A DNA stretch of 64,000 nt from a virus, in the IMG/VR virus record IMGVR_UViG_3300025133_000026; one strand, given 5' to 3'. Below are positions 17,878 through 27,141 of the stretch, in pieces (the first letter of the stretch is position 1; each line of letters opens with the position of its first letter). The notes under the pieces were generated by a model. The model made no database searches. It had not been told where the DNA came from and saw nothing but the letters and a program-made list of their open reading frames with translations. The position numbers were made by a program, and so were the translations under genes.

Positions 17878-20800
17878 TAGATCATTCCTTCTGTAAGTAC
17901 TCTAAATCTGATATCTCTCACTATCGGAGAGAAGTAGGGGGCAAGCTCCTTCAGCTCTTCTTCTGAAAGTGGAACATATTCATAACTATATTTGATACTT
18001 CCTTTCTTTAGTCGTGTTGTTTCGAGTGAGATAGTGTTTGCTTCTAAGTCTACCTCTACATCATCAGCTGGAATCTTCTTGGCAACTATGTAGTGGAATT
18101 GGTATTTAGAATATTTATAAGTAATATCTACAGAGTCAGTGACTGTCCATTTGCAATAGATCAGTCCAGTTGCATAGTTTACACTATAGGCTCCATTTCC
18201 TGGAGCTTCTCCAGAGGCGAAGGCATAGGTCGCTGTAGTCCCTTCTGGAATACCGCTACCCCCTAGATTTACTGTTACTAACCCTGTCGCTGGCTCCGAG
18301 TAATAGTTTCCAACAGAACCACTAACTGCTGCTGCAGTGCTTACTGGAGTTGTAAAAACAGAAGCATCCGAATACTTTACTCCATAGGTTGCGATGAATG
18401 CGTCGCCGTTGTTTATTGAAAAAGTATAAACACCAGAAGCCCCAGTAGAAACAAGATTTTCTGTTTGTACAGCAACCGCATTGTTTAATTCAGTATAGCC
18501 ATCAATAAAGTCTACTTCTTCTGGAGTGTAAATATCAAAGATGCCATCTCCCAAACTGATTGTTCCAGGGATTACAGCCTTCTGAGAAAGACGAATAAGT
18601 TTTCCAGAACTGCTGCTTACATTTGCAACATGGGCTCCTGCAACTGACTTTCCATTTTTATCGAAAGGCTCTCGTGCTGCCCCAGTTGTATCTGTCCATT
18701 CTTGACTAACAAAAGCATCAGAAGGGATATAGACAGTATTGTAGTTTCCGGAGTCTCCTTGTCTAATCTCATACTCTTCTGCCTCAGAAACTGTATATGC
18801 TTTATAGGTGATTGTCGTTACTCTGTCTTCTGCTGCTGGTTTTGAGGAAGTGAGGATGCCCTTCTCATAATCAATATGATAATCTCCTGTACTAGAAACA
18901 TCAGCTAAATCTGCTTCGAGAGTAACATAGCTCGTTGCAGCCAATGCACCCAAGAAGTTTCTTTCTTCAATTTGAACAGTAGAACTATCAATGGGGGCTT
19001 GTTTAAGAGAAATCTCGTCTTCACCAACAGGGAGGATTTCTGTAATAGAAGAGGCTGGAGGCGTCGTTAGCTCAAGCTTGCAGCTTTTCTTGTCTCCATC
19101 TGAAGGAAGTGCTAGGAGAGCTGTATAGCCACCATCAACTACAGAAAAAGCAAGAGTCTCTGGAGTCAACCCAGCAGTAATAAAGGCACCGGCCCTAGGG
19201 CTGGCACTGTTTCCTGTATTCGTTCTTATATCGCCATCGCCAAAAATGACATAGCCGCTGTTGTCAATGTAGAATGATTGACTCCCGGCACCTGCAGCAT
19301 CGAGAGTACTTTCTGCATTAACTCTAGTCCAGGCTTTTCCAGCAACATATACAGTTACGTCAGACTTCAAGATTGAAGACTTTGGGAAAATGTCAAAAGG
19401 AAGCTTAACTCTTAGAGGCCCACCAGTACCTCTAGCGATAACAAATCTTCCTTTGGCAAAATCATCATCTCCACGAGACCCGACGGGACTCTCAAATATA
19501 TATACAACATCAGAGGCCAATGTTTTTGACGGAGTAATTGTTGCAGGAGAAGAGTCTAAGGAGACTTTAGAGAGTTCAAAAGCTACAGGGTTGCTTCCTG
19601 CTCCTTCAAACAAAGAGCTAAGCTCTTCAAACTTTTCAGAGTTTCGAGAAAGAGAAATCCTATATCTTAGGTTTTGATAGCCATTCCCTGTATCGTAGGT
19701 AACAATTTCCTCTTCTGAAACAGAAGACTCTAGTGGGTAGATGTCATTCCACGTATTTCCATCATCTACTGTCACACTAAAGGCTACTTCCCCAATCTCA
19801 TTAGTTGTCGGAATGTAAGCAGAGAGAAGGCCCAGTTTCCACAGAGGAGCATTGAGAGAAAGAGAGCTAGAAACTATTTCGCCAGAGTCTTCATATTGTA
19901 CACTGTAAACATCTATCGACTTAACGCCAATGGCCAATCTATTTTTTACTCCACTACTGGTTTCAATTCCTACTGGGTATTTTTGAACAAGAGTACAGGA
20001 AACATACTTGGCCCTTCGTGGGAGAAAGGGATAAGTGAACACGCCCTTGTAATTAGCAGATTCTGGAGAAACAGTGTAGAAAGTATCCTCAGACTCGTCT
20101 AGGTAATCTGCCAGCGGAGCATCTCCACGTATAGTCGTCCAAGATGTCCCGTCAGTTGAAACTTTAATATCTTCAATAACCACACCCTCGAGTGTTCCAA
20201 AGTTTACTGGATCAATAAAGATCTGATTAATTATCCTTTCACTCTCTAATTCCAGAATCAACCGTACCGTTAGCGGATCTGAAGTCTCATCTGTATAGTA
20301 AGTCTTTTCAAATTCTACCCAAGTGTCTGCATTTTGGTCACCAATGTTCCCTAAATTAGATTGGGCGCCATACTGATTATTTGTATCTTCGTTGTTTCCA
20401 AGAACACCATTTGTTGTGTTTTCGTCTAGTTTGATTTTCTTTACGTTGATAACAGTAGAGGACACAATTGGAAGAGAAACAAAAGCACCGCTTGTATTTA
20501 CTTCCGCCTCTGTCGCTCCAAGAAGCTCTGACTCTATGTCAATATTTTCTGTAGTGCTAAAATTGTCTCCCAGGGCAAAACCAATATCCCCTAGATAGAT
20601 TTTATAATCAGCAAGCTTCCCGTCCGTCCTCCGTAAACGCCCCAAAAGATCATCAAGTTCAGAGACTTGTCTGTTAAAACTAGACACAGCAAGTTTATCT
20701 AATGCTTGTAAATGGATGTAGAGAAGAATTAAGTCCTGTCTAATACGAGAAAGGATTTTATTCCATTCCTTGTAATCAGCATATGTTCCAGCTGATACTT

Positions 20801-20993
20801 TTGGCGCTTCTTTGAATCTAACTCTGTTCGAGATTTCTCGATAAGCTGTCATCAGTTCACCAAAGGTTTTGCTTAGTTCTTCTTCTGTCCTAACGTCTCC
20901 TGTTCTAAAAGACTTTACTAATTCTCCCAAAACAAGAGAAACCTTCTGTTTGAGTACTTTAGAGGATTCATCAAGATATTTATTCTGACTCAT
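17877..20993 (-). CDS. Virion structural protein, paralog B of three (1038 aa)
   Basis: WNKILSRIRQDLILLY...DNFSTTENID...INQIFIDP; several YxxDYxxG modules. Confidence 0.55.
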   Translation of the reverse strand: MSQNKYLDESSKVLKQKVSLVLGELVKSFRTGDVRTEEELSKTFGELMTAYREISNRVRFKEAPKVSAGTYADYKEWNKILSRIRQDLILLYIHLQALDKLAVSSFNRQVSELDDLLGRLRRTDGKLADYKIYLGDIGFALGDNFSTTENIDIESELLGATEAEVNTSGAFVSLPIVSSTVINVKKIKLDENTTNGVLGNNEDTNNQYGAQSNLGNIGDQNADTWVEFEKTYYTDETSDPLTVRLILELESERIINQIFIDPVNFGTLEGVVIEDIKVSTDGTSWTTIRGDAPLADYLDESEDTFYTVSPESANYKGVFTYPFLPRRAKYVSCTLVQKYPVGIETSSGVKNRLAIGVKSIDVYSVQYEDSGEIVSSSLSLNAPLWKLGLLSAYIPTTNEIGEVAFSVTVDDGNTWNDIYPLESSVSEEEIVTYDTGNGYQNLRYRISLSRNSEKFEELSSLFEGAGSNPVAFELSKVSLDSSPATITPSKTLASDVVYIFESPVGSRGDDDFAKGRFVIARGTGGPLRVKLPFDIFPKSSILKSDVTVYVAGKAWTRVNAESTLDAAGAGSQSFYIDNSGYVIFGDGDIRTNTGNSASPRAGAFITAGLTPETLAFSVVDGGYTALLALPSDGDKKSCKLELTTPPASSITEILPVGEDEISLKQAPIDSSTVQIEERNFLGALAATSYVTLEADLADVSSTGDYHIDYEKGILTSSKPAAEDRVTTITYKAYTVSEAEEYEIRQGDSGNYNTVYIPSDAFVSQEWTDTTGAAREPFDKNGKSVAGAHVANVSSSSGKLIRLSQKAVIPGTISLGDGIFDIYTPEEVDFIDGYTELNNAVAVQTENLVSTGASGVYTFSINNGDAFIATYGVKYSDASVFTTPVSTAAAVSGSVGNYYSEPATGLVTVNLGGSGIPEGTTATYAFASGEAPGNGAYSVNYATGLIYCKWTVTDSVDITYKYSKYQFHYIVAKKIPADDVEVDLEANTISLETTRLKKGSIKYSYEYVPLSEEELKELAPYFSPIVRDIRFRVLTEGMI

Positions 20994-22851
20994 TAGTTTC
21001 CTCCTGTGCTAAAAGAGTATAGTCGAAAACAATTGGCGTTTCTCTTGTAAAACTAAAATCTAGACTCCTTGTAATGATGACCATATACAAATGGCTATAG
21101 GAAACAGATTCATCTGAAGAATAAGTGTAAGTGATTGCTCTTGAACCAAGCTTGGCTGTTTGGCTTGCATTTAAATCTTTATCTGTAGCTGCTGTGTAAG
21201 AAGTTGTATAGACAGAAGAGATGATCGGGGTCAAAATCTTTACCCTTAATTCTGGAGGTGGGCCTCCAACCGCGGCAGCTTCAAGATCCGTTAGTGTTGA
21301 GTAGTAATTCAGACCATCAACAGACAACTGATAATCAGTTCCAACAGCTAGTTCAATAAAATCTTGATAAACTTTTACCGTATTGAAGGTAGGGAAGAAC
21401 CTAGTCTTTGACACACCATTATTTAGCGTAAGAACTTCATGCGTTACACTATCTGCAGAAACAGGAATTGGCGTTCTCTCTAATGAAACAAAAAGTCCCG
21501 AGCTGTCATAATTGAGTTTAGCTATATAAAACTCAATAGCATCAAGTGGATTTCCATTAGATGCTAAAGAATTCTCAATTGCTGCAGTAGCATATACTTC
21601 TTTTAGTCGTCCTGTAGAAACAATCGGACTTGAAGAAACATAAATACCTAAGTCTTGGAATGAGTTCTCTCCACACTCGACAAAGTCATATCCTAGAGTA
21701 TAGAAATAACCTCGCGCATACTTGTCGGTTTCTCCACCGCTCCCAACGGTGATTCCTTCTACTCCTCCTGCATCCATAAGGTCTTGGATTTCAGCAATGT
21801 CTTCTGGAGTGTCTGAGTAGTAAAAGTCTGCAATCTCGCTATAGCTTTTCTGTGAAGCTGTTACTCTTATAGATTCTGCAACTACTCTAGAGAAAGTAAA
21901 GGTAACTTTCTCCGTGATCGCTTGTGGTGTAGAAAGAATATAATAAGAATTCCCATCAACATCTTGATAGGAGATACTTTCAATAGTCATTGATGTATCT
22001 GTGACAGGAGACAAAGTAATATAATTGATTTGTTGCGCACCGCTTAAAGTAAATTCTACAGTTAAGTCAACGCCATCACTTGGAGGAGTTGTTTTCTCTC
22101 CACCTTCGTCTTGGTCTACAAGAATAATAGGGTGAACCCAAAACTTTCCATCACTATCTGAATATAAATTCGTTATAGAGTTATCGTCTGGCTCCATATC
22201 TAAATCAGATTCTGTTGTGTCATTTCCTTCAATGACATCAACTACTGTGATAGTGGCTTTTGTTGTCTCTCCACTCAGGGGTAAGGTAAGTCCCTCTGCT
22301 GCAACATCCACAGTGCTTATTTGAGAATCAGAAAGCAAGGCTCCAGATCTTGGGTCTACATATAATAGTTTTCCAATCTCAGTATCATATTCATAAGATC
22401 CAGCTTTGAGGGTATTGAAAGTATTATAATCAATTAACCCATAGTCTGGTTCTGTAGTTAGGATCTCATATCGACTGATTTCTGTATCAAGTCGAGCTAA
22501 TGAGTTTTTTAAATCTGTCAGTTTTTTACTAAAAAGTTCTCTGTGAGAAATACTCAAATCACAAAACCCCTGAACTCTGTCAAACAGAACACCCAGGTCA
22601 TTGTCAATATACTTTACTAAAGTATTGTAATACTCTGAAGTTATCTGATCTAAGGGAGTGACATTCTTTTCGCTAGCTGTCAAAGGACGTGATAAATTTC
22701 CACTCTTTTCAACAAGAGAGTCTAGTGCTGTTTTGAAATCAGCAAGATTTGATATCTTGCTACCAGCAAGCTCTTCTTGTAATAAAGTTTCTATCTCTGC
22801 TTTTTGGGCCCCACTAAGGTTACTAGCGAAACCCTCCAATAGACGTGCCAT
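20980..22851 (-). CDS. Virion structural protein, paralog A of three (623 aa)
   Basis: YNTLVKYIDNDLGVLF...INYITLSP. Confidence 0.55.
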   Translation of the reverse strand: MARLLEGFASNLSGAQKAEIETLLQEELAGSKISNLADFKTALDSLVEKSGNLSRPLTASEKNVTPLDQITSEYYNTLVKYIDNDLGVLFDRVQGFCDLSISHRELFSKKLTDLKNSLARLDTEISRYEILTTEPDYGLIDYNTFNTLKAGSYEYDTEIGKLLYVDPRSGALLSDSQISTVDVAAEGLTLPLSGETTKATITVVDVIEGNDTTESDLDMEPDDNSITNLYSDSDGKFWVHPIILVDQDEGGEKTTPPSDGVDLTVEFTLSGAQQINYITLSPVTDTSMTIESISYQDVDGNSYYILSTPQAITEKVTFTFSRVVAESIRVTASQKSYSEIADFYYSDTPEDIAEIQDLMDAGGVEGITVGSGGETDKYARGYFYTLGYDFVECGENSFQDLGIYVSSSPIVSTGRLKEVYATAAIENSLASNGNPLDAIEFYIAKLNYDSSGLFVSLERTPIPVSADSVTHEVLTLNNGVSKTRFFPTFNTVKVYQDFIELAVGTDYQLSVDGLNYYSTLTDLEAAAVGGPPPELRVKILTPIISSVYTTSYTAATDKDLNASQTAKLGSRAITYTYSSDESVSYSHLYMVIITRSLDFSFTRETPIVFDYTLLAQEETNESE

Positions 22852-23300
22852 TAAGCCTCTTCATAGATTAAATCTATTTGGAAATAGAGACGGCGAGCAG
22901 TCTCACTTGAGGGCGGTGTTACTTTAAAAGTAATCTCTACACTTTCTCCAGGGCTAATCCCTGTTGATGTAGTCGGACCAATAGATAGTGGAATCGCGTT
23001 TGAGGTCTTGTCACCTACACCAAATTGAAATTGAGTTGTTGTTACATTCTGCACAATGCTCAATCCTTCTCCTGTTGTAGCTCCCCAAGTCAATAGATCG
23101 AACCAATCCTGAACAAGACCTTGTCCTGAGGGTTTGGTTACTTCTCCTTCCAAGTCAGCTACACTCAAATAAAATCCTAAAGAACTAGCTATACTATCTC
23201 CAGTATTTTTGAGAGTAAAAGCATAAGATTGATTTGCTGTATTTGCAAAAGGCTCCTCAACCAGGGAGCCAGATTGAGACCATTCTAATGTTACTGCCAT
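22851..23300 (-). CDS. Small Ig-like virion protein
   Basis: All-beta pattern (FTLKNTGD...ISPGESVEITFKVTPP); coupled to its neighbours by TAATG overlaps. Confidence 0.5.
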   Translation of the reverse strand: MAVTLEWSQSGSLVEEPFANTANQSYAFTLKNTGDSIASSLGFYLSVADLEGEVTKPSGQGLVQDWFDLLTWGATTGEGLSIVQNVTTTQFQFGVGDKTSNAIPLSIGPTTSTGISPGESVEITFKVTPPSSETARRLYFQIDLIYEEA

Positions 23301-23860
23301 TAAAGCACCTTTGCCCCGTACACTGTACTCGATGGGCTTTCAATTTCACCCAAGCTCAATGCATGAATCTTAAAGTAATAAGTTACATCTTGTGTTAAGC
23401 CACAGTTTCTATACTCATTATACCCATAAGTTGTTCCGTCTACGGTTGCAATCTTTTCAAACTTTTTATCAATATAAAGAGAACGATAGATTATAAATCT
23501 ATAAGTTGGATCTTCTAGCTCCCAACGTAATTTAACACAGCCTGATTCTGGAGTTATAGAAATAAATTCAGGAATGACGCCATCGTAAATAATCACAGGA
23601 TACTCGCCTGCACTCATATGTTTTTCTATAAGGTTTCTTATAGCCTTCTTTTCTAGATCTCCACCATACTCTTTAAGAAGTGTATAGGGAACACGGATAA
23701 CATGAGTAGCATATTTAGGATAAGAGTATCCTCCAGAAGGAGAGATAGGAGGAGTATAAGCTAATTTATAGTTAACGAGGAGCGCCTCTTCTAAATTGTT
23801 TGTTTCAACGCCGCCACCATTGCTTCTGGCATCAATAAAAACTGCATCGCCACCAGCCAT
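23300..23860 (-). CDS. Virion protein with C-terminal fibronectin type III domain
   Basis: VKLRWE...FIIYRS...GLTQDVTYYFKIHAL...ESPSS fits the FN3 W/Y/Y pattern; GGAGG SD. Confidence 0.7.
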   Translation of the reverse strand: MAGGDAVFIDARSNGGGVETNNLEEALLVNYKLAYTPPISPSGGYSYPKYATHVIRVPYTLLKEYGGDLEKKAIRNLIEKHMSAGEYPVIIYDGVIPEFISITPESGCVKLRWELEDPTYRFIIYRSLYIDKKFEKIATVDGTTYGYNEYRNCGLTQDVTYYFKIHALSLGEIESPSSTVYGAKVL

Positions 23861-25404
23861 TAGACCTCCAAGGGCTCTGGACGAGCCGTTTCCAATACAT
23901 TAATTTCAGCCAGTATGAGATATTCTGGATACTTATCTTCAAAAGACGCACCATAGATTCCCTCTGCTGCATAGTTCAGTCCGATAACAGAATTGGTGTT
24001 TATTGAACCATCGCTATTGAGTGGCGAAAGATTAGGGACAAATGTTCCTCCAGTCTGGGATATATAAATAATTTTATTATCTCTGACGAATAAATGATAG
24101 AGAGAAGCTTCGTCTGTACCCTTTACATCTGGAACTATATAGAGAACTGTCATCTTGTTTAGAATATCTGGATATTGAATTGGATTAAAATTCACAACAG
24201 TGTAAGTGTACTCTCTCTCTTCATAATAATAAGCAGCCCGCAAGTCATGCCTGTCTTCAATTGTTACACCATCTAAAACAACAAAGCTTTCTTGCGAGTC
24301 CCAAGAAGAGATAGCGGTAGAGTTATATTCAATATCAGTTGCCCCATACTTTGTGCCTTCTAGAGTAGTGTCTGTTGTTAAAACATATTCAACCACACCT
24401 GTCGTCTTGTCTTGAATAATGATAGAGAAATGAATATTTTCGTCTGTATCAATTCTAAGCATTTCTCTTTGTAATTTCAAAACATTATTCGATACTTTCA
24501 GTGCCTGTTCGTATCCAACTTGTTTCAATGGGCCGTAAGGAGTAAAAATTTGTAAGTCAAACTCTTCTGGATAATAAGTATAGTTAACTCCATCCAGTGC
24601 TCTTGTAAACTGTCCTACAGTTACACCAAATTGCCACGGGTCTTCAGCTTGAGTTAAGACTGGTGGTGTAGGATTGATTCGTGTCTGGGGAGAATCTTTT
24701 ATATAATAAATCCCATAAACTGGAAGGGTGTAATGAAAACGCCCATTCCTCTCATCCTTTGTATAGGCCGTTACTCCTTCTTTTACTGTGGCAGTATCAA
24801 AATCAATGTCATCGAAAGTTGCTTCTGTGTAAATTTGTTTAGGATTCCAAACCTCGCTAACAACATTTCCTGATGAATCTATTGACTGAATGTAATAAAG
24901 ACGATATCTTCCAGTAAGCTCATCAAACCAGTTCTCAAAGTTTGCATAAATCTCAGAAACAGACGAACTTGTTTTGTACAAACCAGTACTAACATCGGTA
25001 CTTCCATTATGTGTTACTTGACGAATGGAAACAGTGGAAGTGTTTTCTGGGAGAGAATGCTTCTTGAAAAGAGGAGTAACGTTTCCGGCACTGTCCGTGA
25101 TGACTTGATCTGTTATTAGAAGATTATCCAGATCGCTACTAACAGTTTTTGTAGTAGTCGCCGTCACTTCTGCAAAATACGTAGGTCTTGTAGAGTTCTC
25201 TTTTACATCTGCTGATCTATTAACATAGCTAATATCTTTCTCTGCATGTATTTCAGGTAGACCAACATAAGAGAGAGGGATGTCTTCATCGGGTACAGAT
25301 TGACTGTACTTGATATACTCAATCCTTTTTTGTACTAACTGTCGCGTAGAAAGAATCTTTTCACCTGCAACATTTGTAATAGAGAGCTTGTGAACAAGAC
25401 CCAT
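23860..25404 (-). CDS. Virion structural/baseplate-associated protein (514 aa)
   Basis: Coupled ORF in the structural block; beta-rich; no catalytic motif. Confidence 0.5.
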   Translation of the reverse strand: MGLVHKLSITNVAGEKILSTRQLVQKRIEYIKYSQSVPDEDIPLSYVGLPEIHAEKDISYVNRSADVKENSTRPTYFAEVTATTTKTVSSDLDNLLITDQVITDSAGNVTPLFKKHSLPENTSTVSIRQVTHNGSTDVSTGLYKTSSSVSEIYANFENWFDELTGRYRLYYIQSIDSSGNVVSEVWNPKQIYTEATFDDIDFDTATVKEGVTAYTKDERNGRFHYTLPVYGIYYIKDSPQTRINPTPPVLTQAEDPWQFGVTVGQFTRALDGVNYTYYPEEFDLQIFTPYGPLKQVGYEQALKVSNNVLKLQREMLRIDTDENIHFSIIIQDKTTGVVEYVLTTDTTLEGTKYGATDIEYNSTAISSWDSQESFVVLDGVTIEDRHDLRAAYYYEEREYTYTVVNFNPIQYPDILNKMTVLYIVPDVKGTDEASLYHLFVRDNKIIYISQTGGTFVPNLSPLNSDGSINTNSVIGLNYAAEGIYGASFEDKYPEYLILAEINVLETARPEPLEV

Positions 25405-27134
25405 TAGTCTATATAAGTAATAACTGCTTTAAAGTTAGTTGCCCCCGGCCATGAGCCAGCAGCAGAAAAGTCAAAATTAAGCGTGTTTGCACTGCTGTCA
25501 TAATATACACCATACGAACCGCCAGATAATAGCGTAGTATAAGTTCCTGGCGCAACCCATTTACTAGTACCCACATCCACCAGTACCTGTACTCCAACTA
25601 CAGTCTTTGTGCTTAAAGCGCTAGGCATCGCAACAGAATCAATCCCGCCAGCAGGCGCTGCTGTAACAGAGTCTTCGACAATTTTCGTTTGCCACAAGGT
25701 GCTACTTGCACTGTTGTCATTCCTAATTCCATCTAATGCAGTAAGTCCTTCGTCAACCCGAAAGGTTTTTTCAACCCTAACGCCCTTGGTTTTAAAAGTA
25801 ACAACATCAAGCGCTTGCGCATAATGGACATAAGCTTGAGACCCAAAATAAATTCCAAAAGAATCTGATGTAGTAGAAAACGGAGTGACTCCAGTAGGGG
25901 GAGTGTCTGATGCTAATCTAAAATCTGTTAGCATTGCATTTAAAGTAGTGTCTCCTAATCCAGGATTTCCCCTATAGAGATACTGTGGGTGGTCGACCCG
26001 ATCTCCTGTTCCAGTAGTATAGGGCGTGAATTGAAAAACAAAGCTATTGAGGGTTTCTCCCCCATGGGCTAGCTGATCAAGATCACCGTGCTTTATCCTT
26101 TGACTACCATTTGTTCCATCATGTCTGTGCTTCCGATACCTAGAGCGAAGAGAGTCTAAAGTTCTTGTGATATCCACACCAACTACGCAAAGAGAATATC
26201 TATCAGAACCAACCTCTAGAGTTACTCCTGTATTTACGCTAACTTGAATTGAAGTTTGACTTACATAGAAAAAAGTAACATTTGGAAGAACCACCTTGCT
26301 GTCGCCATCCCAGAGACCGACAAGGCCTTCTGCTATTTGATCTCCAGCAGTGTATTCATTAGAAAAATACTCAGGAAGATTAAGCTGAGCCAAATAGTTA
26401 AGATCATCGACCGCACTCAGTGTCGTTGATGTGTCATCCCAATTTGCCTGTTGATCAGTGACTGTAGGGAAAGCAATAGTATATTTTCCAGCTGTTGGTC
26501 CAGATACCGTGCATTTTGTAGACTGATTGGGGTCTGGAATTACATTAAAGCGCGCCCCCTCGTAAGTGTCTCCCATATAAGAAGCACTGACATCAACATC
26601 ATATGTGGCTGTACCAGGGCTAGAACCTGTATCCCAAACAACAACACGACCTGTAGAGTAGTCTACATAATATTTTCCTGTAGTACTTACACCACCCTCT
26701 GTTGTCTCTGTTGCAAACTGCGTTCCATTTGAAAAGGTAAGTGTTCCACTCTCTGGAATGAATTCTAGATAGAATTCATTCACATTTGCAGGAACACTCT
26801 CTCCAGTAATTGTCGCTGTATTGTCTGAGAGAATGCGAGGATTGAGGGCCGAGGCAGGCCCCATCAGCCTAGCAAGATTCAATATTTGTAGATGTCTTTG
26901 TTCAGACCCAAGACTAGTTCCACTTTTATTGAAAGCCCATCCACCAATAGGAGTATTGCTAGATCCAGAAAAAACTGGATACGAATCACCCCAAAGATCT
27001 CCCAAAGCTAAGGAAACTAGATTCAAAGCACTATTCGTTTGTCTTGCCCAATTAGTTAGCTTCTCGGCACTAGGCTGTTCGCCTGCAGAAAAGGTTACAT
27101 TAACTGGAAATAAATCACGTAGTTTGTCAGACAT
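25404..27134 (-). CDS. Tail fibre-like protein (576 aa)
   Basis: N-terminal FSAGEQPSAEKLTNW docking-type region, HRHDG and DHPQY knob-like motifs, G/T-rich C-terminus. Confidence 0.55.
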   Translation of the reverse strand: MSDKLRDLFPVNVTFSAGEQPSAEKLTNWARQTNSALNLVSLALGDLWGDSYPVFSGSSNTPIGGWAFNKSGTSLGSEQRHLQILNLARLMGPASALNPRILSDNTATITGESVPANVNEFYLEFIPESGTLTFSNGTQFATETTEGGVSTTGKYYVDYSTGRVVVWDTGSSPGTATYDVDVSASYMGDTYEGARFNVIPDPNQSTKCTVSGPTAGKYTIAFPTVTDQQANWDDTSTTLSAVDDLNYLAQLNLPEYFSNEYTAGDQIAEGLVGLWDGDSKVVLPNVTFFYVSQTSIQVSVNTGVTLEVGSDRYSLCVVGVDITRTLDSLRSRYRKHRHDGTNGSQRIKHGDLDQLAHGGETLNSFVFQFTPYTTGTGDRVDHPQYLYRGNPGLGDTTLNAMLTDFRLASDTPPTGVTPFSTTSDSFGIYFGSQAYVHYAQALDVVTFKTKGVRVEKTFRVDEGLTALDGIRNDNSASSTLWQTKIVEDSVTAAPAGGIDSVAMPSALSTKTVVGVQVLVDVGTSKWVAPGTYTTLLSGGSYGVYYDSSANTLNFDFSAAGSWPGATNFKAVITYID

Positions 27135-27141
27135 GGTTATC

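Noticed and set aside
23300-25404. Single gene split by a sequencing error (514 aa plus 186 aa)
   Set aside because: The junction is a TAATG overlap with a strong GGAGG SD, typical of genuine translational coupling.
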